Shown in pieces: positions 14,810 to 26,300 of a stretch of DNA of 64,000 nucleotides. Each line of letters starts with the position of its first letter. Within the stretch, counting starts at the first letter, position 1. The translations under genes and the position numbers were made by a program. This stretch comes from Lama guanicoe (taxonomy: Eukaryota), in the NCBI GenBank assembly GCA_013239625.1, contig MU054400.1, forward strand, positions 2,764,282 to 2,828,281, written 5' to 3'. Under the pieces are notes generated by a model. It saw only the letters and a list, made by a program, of their open reading frames with translations. It was not told the origin of the DNA and made no database searches.

Positions 14810-14980
14810 GGCCCAGTGAGAAGGGTTTGGGTTTGGAACTGGAATCTGATTCAAGTCTCAGTTCCATCTTTCATGACCTGTGTGGCTTTGAGCAGTTTTC
14901 TTACCACCTCTGAACCTAGCTTTCCTTCTCTGTAAAGTGTGGGGTTCTAGCACCTAACCAGAAGGTGGCTGTGAAGGCGA
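14810..14980 (+). mobile_element. MIR SINE
   Basis: ctgtgtggctttgagcagttttcttaccacctctgaacctagctttccttctctgtaaagtg. Confidence 0.7.
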
Positions 14981-15506
14981 GCACGTCTGGGAGTGCCCTC
15001 CTGGTCCCCGGGGAAGGGAGGAGCCGAGTGCCGAGCTCTCCTGAGGGACACATGAGAGCATAATCCGAAGGTACCCATTCCTCATTTCCCTTTGTGCTTA
15101 TGCCCTGTAGCCAACTTCTATCCAGAGCTGCTTTTCTCTCAGCTCTAGCTTTGTCCTCCCTTATCTGGAGAACCCCTGGACTTTGCCACCTGACTCGGTG
15201 AACTTTCTAGACTCGGCTCTTTCAGAAGAAGTCAGAGTTGGATTCTGCAGAGAGTGGGAACTGTAAGCTCTCTCAGGTGTCCGAGCTCTTTCCCTCCCCA
15301 TCCCCATTCGGAGTGGGGCCCAGAGGTGTGCCAAGGGGGACAAAACACATCTCTTGCCCTTACCGCTAACATTTTGCAGCCACTGTCCACCTCTCAGTGC
15401 TGGGGCATGCTATTTTCAGATTCACTTTATGTTTCACTGAGAATAATATCCTTTATGACCAATGGGGCCTTTTGACTTTGGTCAGACTTCCCATGCAGTT
15501 GTAAAC

Positions 15507-15625
15507 CAGGGTTTCTCAAACTTCAGTGAGCAAGTAGATCTCCTGGAGATCCTGCTAAATGCAGATTCTAATTCCATGAGTCTGGAGAAGGGTCCAAGGG
15601 TCTCTGTTTCTAACAAGCTGCTGGT
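15507..15625. mobile_element. MER5-family fragment
   Basis: cagggtttctcaaacttcagtg...aaatgcagattctaattc...tttctaacaagct. Confidence 0.7.
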
Positions 15626-17760
15626 TGGGAGTAGTGAGGATAGTTCAGTTCTGACCTGCAGGACCTGGGGGTGTGGGGTGGGCACTAGAGGAACTTGTCA
15701 GGCAGCATCAAGATTACCTCTCTGACTCTTGAAGGGTATTAACCAGCAATAATGATAAAACATGGAATAGTTAGTGTACAGAGGTGCACTGTAGTTGGGT
15801 TTGGCAAAAAGTAGGATGAATTCAAAATGTGGCTTAAGGAGGCTCGGGAGAGTGAATAAGTGGAGACAGCAGTGCAGGCACACACATCGGAAGTCTGGGG
15901 TTATCTGAGGATTCTCTGAAAATTCTGCTGTATGTATCCTATTTAGCTTACGGGTCAAAAATAAGACTTGTTTAAGATGAAACTGATCCATTATGTGGCT
16001 GTCATTGGAATTCAATCCCACGTCCCTTCATGAACATGAACGTGAGTGTGGAGACTGAGTGGAGGCTAGAGGTGAGGAGGGTGCTTTTTAGGTGGAATTC
16101 TAACCAGAAATTGATGGCAGAGAAATTGCTCGAGTGTCATGAGGAAGGAACCTGGAGCCTTTGCTAGCATCTTCTGATTAGACAGCACACGTTCCAAGAA
16201 TTCTCTAGGTCAGACATGACTGTAAATGCGAACACGCTGATGGCTGAAGAGTAGATTCTCTGGTCAAAATCATTACCCAGGTGGTTACTGCTCCAGGCTT
16301 GGAACTAACCTAGCCAGAGCGCCGGACGGTAAAATACCCGGGTTTTAAAGCTTCCCACTCTCTAGGCAGCACATAAAGGGCGCCTCTGTGGCCCACGCGT
16401 TCAGGGAGAACGTCGCAGCTCAGGAATGCTCATTCACACAAGCAGTGGGAGTTAGCGACTTACGCTTCCTGATTCGGGAGCGGTTGTTTCCTATGTGAAA
16501 CGCACGTCAGGAACAAACTAAATATTGGAAGAGTTTTCCCCACAGCTTTTCATCTGTGCCGTTTCGTCCAGAGATTCACAATGTCTGGCTGAACTCGAGA
16601 TCTCTGCGGCACTTAGGACTGCCCTCGAGCTGGCAGATTTAGGCTGGGTGTACTAAGGCCAAATAATGTAGCAGGAGGACATTGCTCCACATGTTACACG
16701 TTAAGAAAATATAAAGCCCCTCCACCACTTATTCCTAAGGCCATTTGGCAGGACCCGTGTCTTGTCTCAGAAGTGGAAGGACAAAGTTTTACCTGCTTTT
16801 CTGCCTTAAAAATGGAGAAGGGTATGGTTCAGCTCTAGACTCATAATAATCATGGTAATTAAGATTTATACTTAAATAGCTCTCTATGTCTCAGAAGCAC
16901 TAAAGTTAATTATGCCTCCTGAAGCTCTCGAGGCATTGCCAAGCCAGTGCTATTATCCTCTCCTGTCGGATGGAAGGCTCCTCTGTTACAGAAAAAGGGA
17001 AGAGACTCCCCATGCTGCAGAGCACATAGTGGTCCCACCAAAGTGAAGCCCAGACGTCTGAACCCCCAGTGTTTTCGGGCCCTGAGTTCAGTCTGCCATT
17101 CAGACGGGGAAGAGGAGAAGGATCTGGAAATCAAAAGGTGGACTGCCAGGAGTTAGAAAACCCTGTTGACAAAACAAGGGCAGTTTATTTGAAAAGAGCA
17201 GATCTTTTGCTTTGCCTTTATCATACGGAATTCTTTGAAAATTTTTTTTTCAAGATCACACTAAAAAGAGTCTGCAAAACGAAGGGAAAGAAAAGCCTTT
17301 TTAAAACAATTTTTTTTAAAGTATTAGAGACTAAAAGCTTAAAGGAAAGAAACAGATGTGTTTTCTGGCCTCCACTGTTATTTTTATCTTAACGGCAAAA
17401 TGGAAAGTGAACTCTCTGGTCTGGCTACTTATCTTCCCACAATTTTTTTTTTCAGTCCTACAAATGTGTTTTCCCTTTTGTTGTAGAGTTTTACAGTTAA
17501 AAAGTAGTAAAGATTTACTCACTCGAAGATTTATATAAAGTCATAAGATTTACTCAGGGGCTATAAATGAGATTAGAAGGTGGAAGTAAATAGGTCCTCA
17601 CATTAAGTCATTAGCATGGAATTAAGAGGATGGTGGAGTGATTTGGTTGGATATTGTTGAAGGGAGAAAGTGATTTTATCATCCACGTTTAGAAGCCTAG
17701 ATGCCCCAAGGGTGCATCTCTTGGAGGTGCAGACATGCACATTTAATACAGTTTTTTCAG

Positions 17761-17762
<2 letters not shown>

Positions 17763-17795
<33 letters not shown>
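17763..17795. repeat. (GT)16 microsatellite
   Basis: Perfect dinucleotide run read directly. Confidence 0.97.
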
Positions 17796-17796
<1 letters not shown>

Positions 17797-19335
17797 CTGG
17801 AATGCAGTCTCCGGTTTTCATTTGACTTGGGGCGTTGCCATCTGTGCTCTTAGTCCTCTTCCCGTGATTCCTGAGCACATGGCGTAGGTCAAGAACAAAC
17901 TACCAGTGAGTGCAGATGCTCGTCAGGCTCTTCAGAAGATGACACTTGACTGTCAGACAGCAGACACTGGCACTCATCTTCTTTCGGTTGAGGGGCGTTG
18001 CAGCTTCTGCACTTGAGTTGAGCTGTGGAAGTTGAGAGCAGTCTGCTGCTTGTTCGGAATGCCAGTGGGGTTAGAGGAGTTCCAGGATGTCCATATTTTA
18101 ATCTGGGGATTTCCAACTTGAAGCGTTAGGGCTCAAGGCCACCTCTGCTGCCTTCTTCCTGAGATTTCTCACTTGAGCGGTACTCGCATGGTATTCAAGG
18201 AAGCAGACCCCTGCTCAGATATCCACGACAGGGGCATTACTCAAGTTGGATGCTTCTTGTTTGTCTCTCATTCATTCTCTTTTCATTGGTTTTTTTCCCC
18301 TCACGGCCAGTGTTTGTCTTTTCTTGTTCACCTTTTAATCCTGAGTATCTTCAATAACGGTTCCTACCTTTTGCCTATAACGATGCATAATGAATGAATT
18401 TAAACTAAGTAAAAGGAACTGGTTAGAAATTAGACTTTAAAATAGCAGGATATTTTCAAAATTTGACCGTTGCCAAAAATCTAAAAAGGAAGTGGTGCTT
18501 TTTTTTTTTCTGTGCCTGCATTTAAAGTGATGTTAAAACTACCTCACTATTGGCATATAAACATTATTGGAGGTTAGCTTGACTGAGATCTTGCTAGATG
18601 CAAAATACTGTGCTCTGGCTAGGGGCAGCTGAAGTAATGTGACCCCGATTTTTCATAAAGTCTAGATCTGTGCCTCATTCCACATGCCAGACTTCCTAAG
18701 CTTTTGTACATTAAGAGATATTTCTTTCTTTTGATGAGTAGGTCCTCATTAGACATAGTACAGTATGGTAGGGAGAAAAAAACATTATTGTTCCTCCCAC
18801 ATTGTCTTTCTGAGTTTCATAATCTTGCACTAAATTTGTCTATTCCTGACAATGAAAGTAAAGTGACAATTCATCTCATACATCTGGGACAATGAAATTA
18901 GGAAAATACAGTGCTTTTCAGAAAGTGTAGGCATGACCTAGTGGTTTTGATGGTGAACTCGGTGGAAGAGGCACACACTGATATGAATCCAAAGTCTGGA
19001 AAAGGACCTGTTTTCCAGATTATGAGCTAACCTATTTTTTTCTGATCCCACCCCAAATCCCACTTTTCTGTACCTGACATTTGCTATATTGAATTGATTT
19101 CAGTGTTTTGGATCTTATGGGGGCTTTGTGTGGGTAATGTGTTTGGGTGTCCCCTTTCTGTGATGAGGCTGATTACTCGTGTATGTCAGTCATATCCGCT
19201 GAAGCCCTTTCATGTGGGGTTTGGATAAATCTAGCTCTGTGTCCTCGGAGTCTGTTTACTTTCTTATGGACTTGGGTCCATAAGACCCAAGTGGTGGTAA
19301 CTGCATGTGGGATTGCTGGGGGCATGAGAATAAGT

Positions 19336-19509
19336 CAGGGTGATAAACTCATCCCAGTTTTAGCACTTAAAGTCTTATGTCCACAAGAGGTCCCCATCCT
19401 GGACACACTACAAGGATCTGTTTGAAACTATCCTGATTTTAAAACTTAAAGTCCAATGTCTCGGGAATCCCCTTGGTCTCAGGCAACCTTGGATGGTTGG
19501 TTAACCTAG
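19336..19509. mobile_element. MER81/MER94-like hAT-Blackjack MITE
   Basis: Termini cagggtgataaac...ggttggttaacctag; internal cccagttttagcacttaaagtc. Confidence 0.6.
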
Positions 19510-19529
19510 TATAAGTTAGTATCCAGAAC

Positions 19530-20567
19530 TTATATCCAAATACTTAAAAAATATAAATCAAGTTAATGAATTGTTAAATAAAATAGGTTCTATCCTCCTG
19601 CGTTGGCAAATATATGTTTATAATGACCTGGAAGGCTGGTTTGGAAGATCAAATTCTCAGACTCTGGGACTTCCAAGCCAGAATAGTGGTTTTGGTAGAG
19701 CTGGTTGGCCGCCATGACCCCTGCCCTGTGTCTGCGGCTGTGCAGTGAGAGGCACATGATGGGGAATGAGTGTGCGTGTGGGCACTCAGCCCACCTGTCC
19801 TTGCTCAGTCCTCACCCTTGAGTCAGTCCTCTTGAGCCAGAGGGCACTCATGCTGGTGGTGTGGCCACGTGGAGCTGACAGATGTGGGGAAGAGGCTGAC
19901 CAGTCCTAGGAGATGTGTTTGGGAGCCTATTGTGGGGGAATTCTGGGTCCTACGGGCCTGGAGTGAGGTCTAGAAGTGATGAGTGAAGAGCGCTAGCAAG
20001 CAGGGACCTTGCAGATTCAGACTGTACGTTGAGGGCACGGTGAGAAGGGGACTAGAGTGGGATCTTCTAAAGTAATGGATTACTGAGCAGTTCAAAGAAT
20101 GACTTGCTCTCTTGGGATTATAGAAACTTTCCTTCAGCAGGTGTAGAAATTCCTCACAGTGTGGGGACATGATTATGTCCACGGACTTTGCAGAGAGAAA
20201 GGACTTCAGGGGATGTGTAGGTGTCCTACAGATGGCGTCACCAGGGCTGCCACTGGAATACCTGCTGCTTTATTCACTGAGTTACCCCTCAAACTGCAGG
20301 GCGACTTTCAAGACCCTCCTCAGGAATGTCACATCAGCTACAAATAATTCTGACAAGGCATACTGACATTAACTCAAAGCCACTTTGAAATGGTGTTTGG
20401 GATGATAAAACTCAACATACAATTGAAATTGACTAGAATCATTTTTTAGGTTCTATGTATAATTGACACCCTATATATTAGTCTTTCTCTAGCAAAGACT
20501 ACAGTCTAGATGGTGCCCCCTCGAGTTGTGCAAAGCATGGACCACACAGCAGTATGCAGCATCCCTG
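19530..20567. mobile_element. Probable old hAT-Tip100 (Zaphod/MER91-like) remnant
   Basis: Ends in gtgccccctcgagttgtgc...gcagcatccctg, similar to recalled MER91/Zaphod terminus; internal extent uncertain. Confidence 0.4.
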
Positions 20568-21719
20568 AGTCAAAGTGCACAACCGTCTGCTTATTTTTTC
20601 CTGCTAAAATAGCTATTCTTCTAGTTGAATTGTGTTAAAATTCTAATTTGAACACCAGAACTGCTTTTACTCGGTTCTTCGTTTAGACTAACCTTGGTTA
20701 CTCACTAGGGAATACGTGAACAGAAAATTGGCTCAAGTTTCCCTTATTTTAAATATTTTTCTGCTAAAGGTTCAGAAATGAAATGAGAACCAAGTAAACT
20801 TGATGGTTTATAAGTTTTACTTTGTCTCATGGTAAGTAAAGGCTAAAAACATAAGAATTGGCTTTGGAAATCCATTTTGTAGTTACTTAAATATTGTATC
20901 AAAATTTAATTTTAATTCCAAGCAGGCTTTCACATAGACACCCAGTTAGTTCTGACTGAAGAGTAAGTAGCAAATGTTTTTGTCACTAGTTCTTGCTGAC
21001 AGTGATTTAAATTAAAAAAAAATTTTTTTTTAATTCTTTTAGGAACATTTTAAAACAGAAAAAACAGAATATTTTATCATCTTGGTGGCTAAAGACTCAC
21101 CCCCAAAATTAAATGGATATACTTTTGCATTTCTCTCTGATACAACATTCATTTATAATTTCAGCTGAGAAAGTACATTTATTTTTCTGTATTGTATTAG
21201 GGCCAAAAAAAAAGTTTTATTCTGTCTTGGAAATGCCCTGAAGACCAAGTGGAGAGCAGAATTGTGCTTTGGGTACTATTATTCAGGCTGGTTAATAACT
21301 AGTTGAATACAAATAGACCTGCCAAAACATAGTTTGAAAGTAACCCCCAAACAATCAGAGAATAACAAAAATGCTACAGAAATAAGCTGTTTCTGGAATA
21401 AAAATACCAAAGTTGTGATTAAAATGATCAAATGTTTAATAGAAACAGTAATAAAAGGGTGGGCAATAATTTATTGATTGCTGAAGTTTTTCTCACTAAA
21501 GAGATTTGTGATTTCTGTTTATCCTTTTCTTTTTTGGAGGGGAATAGGGAATAGAGTTAGCATGAAGCAAACCTAAAATTTCAGATTTTATTTACCTGTC
21601 CTATAAAACAATCTATTCAATTATCAAACCTTGAATATGTATTAGGCGGTTTAAGTGAGTAGTTTTTAAACTTCTAATGTGTACTTAACAAGATATCTTT
21701 GTTTTGTTTTGTTTTTTAG

Positions 21720-21755
21720 GTGCAAACCCAAATTATCCTGATGTCATTTATGAAG
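21720..21755 (+). CDS. NTRK2: NTRK2/TrkB 36-nt juxtamembrane exon
   Basis: T-rich tract + ttag| acceptor, |gtagct donor; phase 1 to 1; (G)ANPNYPDVIYE(D). Confidence 0.96.
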
Positions 21756-24169
21756 GTAGCTGTCATATTGTCTTTATTTTGTATGTTTTCAAAATGTTTG
21801 TCTAAAATGAAATAAATCAATTAAAAGAAGAATTTTAAGCTCAGTTAAATACACTTCAAGCATGACAAGGGCCAAAATAACATTTCAAAAATCATTCAAT
21901 ATTGATGATTATTTTCCCTTGATATTTACAGTGCCTGTAAATAGCATTTTCTCTCTCACGCTTGTTCTTGGAAGTAGTAAATCCATTCTGCTGTAACAGA
22001 CATTTTGTTTCCATAACTGGGAACTAATTACCTGTTTAAAAGCCATGACTACCAAGAAAAGGGAGGTGTATCAGTTTCTGGCTATGACAGTAAACTCAAA
22101 TCAAAATTATGTTTCTTATATAATGAGGAAGTCTGGCTCACTAACAGGAACCTTAAAGGGAGGACATGTGTCAAGGGTGGTGAAACCAGCCAGTCAATCA
22201 TGTCTTCAGGGAATCCAAGTTTTTTCATCTCTGTATTCCCCTGCCCATTGTGCTAGCTTCACTGATGGCTGGTTTCTCTTACAGTTTTAAGATAAGTCAC
22301 ACTAATAGGAGAAAGGGAAGAGCTTCTGGAAGTGTTCCAGAAGAAAAAGAATTTTCCCAGAGACCGCCACCAAGCCCTCCTTGTATTTTATTCAAGATCC
22401 AGTTGGGTCATGGTCCATTCTTGCCTACATTACTGATAAGAGAGCTGGATTAACTCTTGACTAACTAGACCCAGCCTGGAATTTAGATCAGTTTCCGGTG
22501 GGGGTGTGCTTGATCCCCTGGAATAAATAGGGATCTCCTGGGAATGTGGAAGAGGAGACACCAAAAGTCCCCTACACTAGCTTACTAAATATCTTATCTT
22601 TCTTCGCTATTTTAATTGAATTCCAGTGATGTTTTACTAAGTGTGAAAATCCATCTTTAACAGGTTTTCAAACTACCTTCATGACCAGGAGGCCTGTGTG
22701 GGGAAGTAGCAGGCTGAATTTCAAGACTTGGCTTGAAATTTAAGCTTGATTAAAATGTTACATTTATATATAAGGTCTATAAACTCTTCTTTTCTTTAAT
22801 TTATATATATATACCCCTTGACATTTTATTTTTAATATAAAACAATTCTGTTTGTCTATTTATTATGTGTGTGTGTATTTAACTTGAGCTAAGTTTAACT
22901 AGGGAATTATATTGTCTTTGTCTTCTTAATGCATGTTAAGCTGTATTTCCTCCAAGCTGTGGTTTGGGTGATTTTGTGCATGTGATTTGTGTATTTTTGT
23001 TTTGATTTGTTCTGATATGGTTTAAAAAGAGTATCTCATTTTGTATCTCAGAGAAATAAGTTTGAATTGTGATTTTCCATTGAAAAATTATGTTTTGGAC
23101 TCCTCATTTTCAGTAACTTTAAGACTCTAAAAATGTCATCTTCCCATTGGCCTCAGATCCCTCTTTGGATCATTGGGCCAAAATGTCATGATATTAAACT
23201 ATAGATACTTTTAATGATTTAATTTTGTAACTGGATATAATATGAAGAAGGAAAATAAGCAAATAAATGATATCTCCTAGTGTTTGATTGAGATTAATAA
23301 GTTGTAATGCATTGAAAATGAAAATGGGGAGAATATAGTTTTGGAGTGCAGAATAAAACAGCAACAGATTGAAAATATATACTTTTTTCTGTTAGTTTTC
23401 TTCCACATTCAAAGGAACACTCTGCTAATACAAATATAATTTAAATTGATTGCCCCGAGGCCAGCATGATAATTCTGCCAAGGGAAGATTAACTGGGGCT
23501 GACTTAATAAGGTTGCTTGTTCAGGATGGAATTGAAGGCACCATTTAGAATAAAAATACAGAACATTTATAAACAACATTGTCTTCCATAAGTGTACCGA
23601 AAACCTTTTATGACTATCATATGTAATATTACTAATAAAAACTTTGGCTGCTTACAAAAAATCACTTATTTCCATCCTGATCCATGTAGACAAAAATTGA
23701 TTGGGAAGAGCAACCACATTTGAGATATGGCACTGTGAGAACATATGCTCACGGTTCTTAATGTTGTACTGGTGCAGTTCCCTATGTATTTATTCTGAGA
23801 CTGAAATATTGGTAATTCAGAATTCTCCAAAAAAGTTCAGATGTGGACACAAGTTCCCTCTCGGTGCTGATTCCACATTCTGTCTGGAGTGGCTGTCTCT
23901 TACTCAAGTCAGATGCTTCTGCCTCAGAAATCTGTGTTGCTGATTTCAAGTCTGGTTCATGTCCGGGCTCTGTCGCCTTCTTGCCGGTTGACCTTGGACT
24001 AGTCATTTACCGTTCCTCAGCTCTCATTCTTCAGCTGTAAACCTGGTGGTTAGACTCGACTTCTAAAGACCCTTCCAAGTCTATAACTCTATGACTCTTA
24101 CATGGTTGATTCTCTTTTGTATTTATATCAAGTACCTTATCAAAAAAGGAGTATGTTCTTTCTTTAAAA

Positions 24170-24381
24170 AAATTTTATTGAAGTGTATTTGATTTATAAT
24201 GTTAGTTTCAGGTATACAGCAGAGTGATTCAATTATATATACACATACATATTTATTTTCTTTTCATATTCTTTTCCATTATATGTTATTACAAGAAATT
24301 GAATATAGTTCCCTGTGCTATACAGTAGGTCCTTGTTGTTCATCTATTTTATGTAGAGTAATATGTGTTTGTTAATCCCCC
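24170..24381 (-). mobile_element. LINE-1 3' end, 5'-truncated
   Basis: ttattgaagtg...gaatatagttccctgtgctatacagtaggtccttgttg; reverse complement of the 54350-54600 copy. Confidence 0.85.
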
Positions 24382-24673
24382 AAGAAGTAGTATGTTCTTA
24401 TGTGCAAAGAGAAAGCGTAGACCTGGTTTAGAATTTGACTGACAAAGCAATGATGTAAAGATCTGGGCTGAATACAGATTTGGCATCCCACAGCCCCATT
24501 GCTGCAATGGATTTAACCCAACTGCCAAGTCACATTTCTCCCCAGCCACGCTGTCCGTGGTTTGGAATCTTGTGATTTGTCTTGTTTCGTTCTGGGTTGT
24601 ACTGTGGCCTTGTGTTTGTATAGCAGCCTGATGACAACTTCATGCTTCCTTCTCTGTCCTTTCTGCAATTTAA

Positions 24674-24826
<153 letters not shown>

Positions 24827-25269
24827 TGAATATGGGAACAGTTCAATTCCCGTCTTTCAACAAGACATTTTTATCATTCAGATGTAAATGAAGTGTTGAA
24901 GTTTGGAGGAACTAATAGGAAGGTTTAAGGGAAGTGATAAAGGTGTCCTGCAGGCTCTGACTTACTGCTAGTGGTTCCTGTTTTAAATATCTGTCCTTTA
25001 AAAAGTTATTTCTAGAAGAGCAAGAAAACCAGCTTTCTCATTCACGGACATGTATAACTATTCCTGTCTCTACACCTTTATACTTGTTTCCTTAAATATT
25101 TTAATAAAAAGGTCGGTGCCCACCAAATGTAAGGACTCCAGTAGGTTCTGGAAGAGACTGGAAATAGGAAGATATAAAAATGTGAGTGAAACACAGATCT
25201 ATCCATTTGGAGCTTAGACTTAAGTCAGAGATGTGAGATGTGAATGCTAGCGTCTAAAACACAAACAGA

Positions 25270-25371
25270 TGTACACCAGAAATTAACACCACATTGTAAA
25301 CCAACTATACTTACAATACAATATGATACGATACGATACAGTACAATACAGTACAGTACAATACAGTACAA
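25270..25371 (+). mobile_element. Short LINE-1 3' tail followed by a pentamer microsatellite
   Basis: tgtacaccagaaattaacaccacattgtaaaccaactatact then 12 TACAA/TATGA/TACGA/TACAG units. Confidence 0.8.
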
Positions 25372-25809
25372 CACATCTAAACAGAGGCTGAGCAAGGCAA
25401 TGTGAGAGAGAGAAGCAGAGGAGCCCGTGCCCTGTTCCTTCCTGTTGGGAGGGCCAGAGGAGTCTTTGGGGGACAGGTGGTGTTTTCCACGGCCTGTGCA
25501 GGATGCCTGGGATTTGAACACAGAGGAAATGAAGGGAAGGGCATTTTGGGTATGTGAGCAAGAGCTTGCAGTCCTTGATTGGAAGGAAAGTTGTGTTAAG
25601 GGCAGCGGTTGGAGGCAAGGCTGCGCAAGTTGGCTGTGCCAGGCCAAGTGAACCACAGTGCCAGGGGGTTAGAGGAGCATTGAAGGGGCCGTGTGTGAGC
25701 AGCAGGATCATATCTCCCCAGGACTCCACGGCGGGGCTGCTCTGTCATCTGCTCCCATCAAGACCCAGAAGATTCCTTCATTCTTTTCTTTTCCTCACTC
25801 ACGCACACC

Positions 25810-26300
25810 CAGTTGAATTTCTTGCAGGTTCTGCCTCCTTATAGACTCCAAACCCATCCGAATCTCCTCACCTTCTCTGCCATGGCCACAGTCTAACCCA
25901 GAGGTTAGCCAGCTATGGCCCTTGGGTCAAGTCCAGTTTCTACTTGTTTTTGTAAAGCCTTCAGGCTAGGAATAGTTTTTACATTTTTAAGTGGTTTGGG
26001 AAAGAAATCAAAAGGATGACATTTCCTGACACATGGAAATTTTATGAAATTCATATGTCAGTGCCTATAAAGAAAAGTTTTACTGGAACATACTCATGCC
26101 TGTTTACACACTGTCTGTGGCTACTGCTGTGCCCCACTGGCCTGTGGAGTCGTTGCAGCAAAGTCTGCACGGCCTGCAACAATGGAAACGTTTACCACCT
26201 GGCCTGTTTGCCACAATTGCTTATTCCTGGATGACTGCCACCCTGTCCTCTCTCAAGCTTGTGATCTCCTGGCCTTTCTCCATAGAGCAGCCTGAGTGAC
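25810..26300 (+). mobile_element. L2 LINE, left part (split by MER58B and L1)
   Basis: ttctgcctcct...ttctctgccatggccacagtcta and ttctccatagagcagcctgagtga resemble L2 consensus and continue at 31311. Confidence 0.6.
25899..26230. mobile_element. MER58B hAT MITE
   Basis: cagaggttagccagctatggccc...ttttatgaaattc...aagttttactggaaca...gcttattcctg. Confidence 0.8.
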
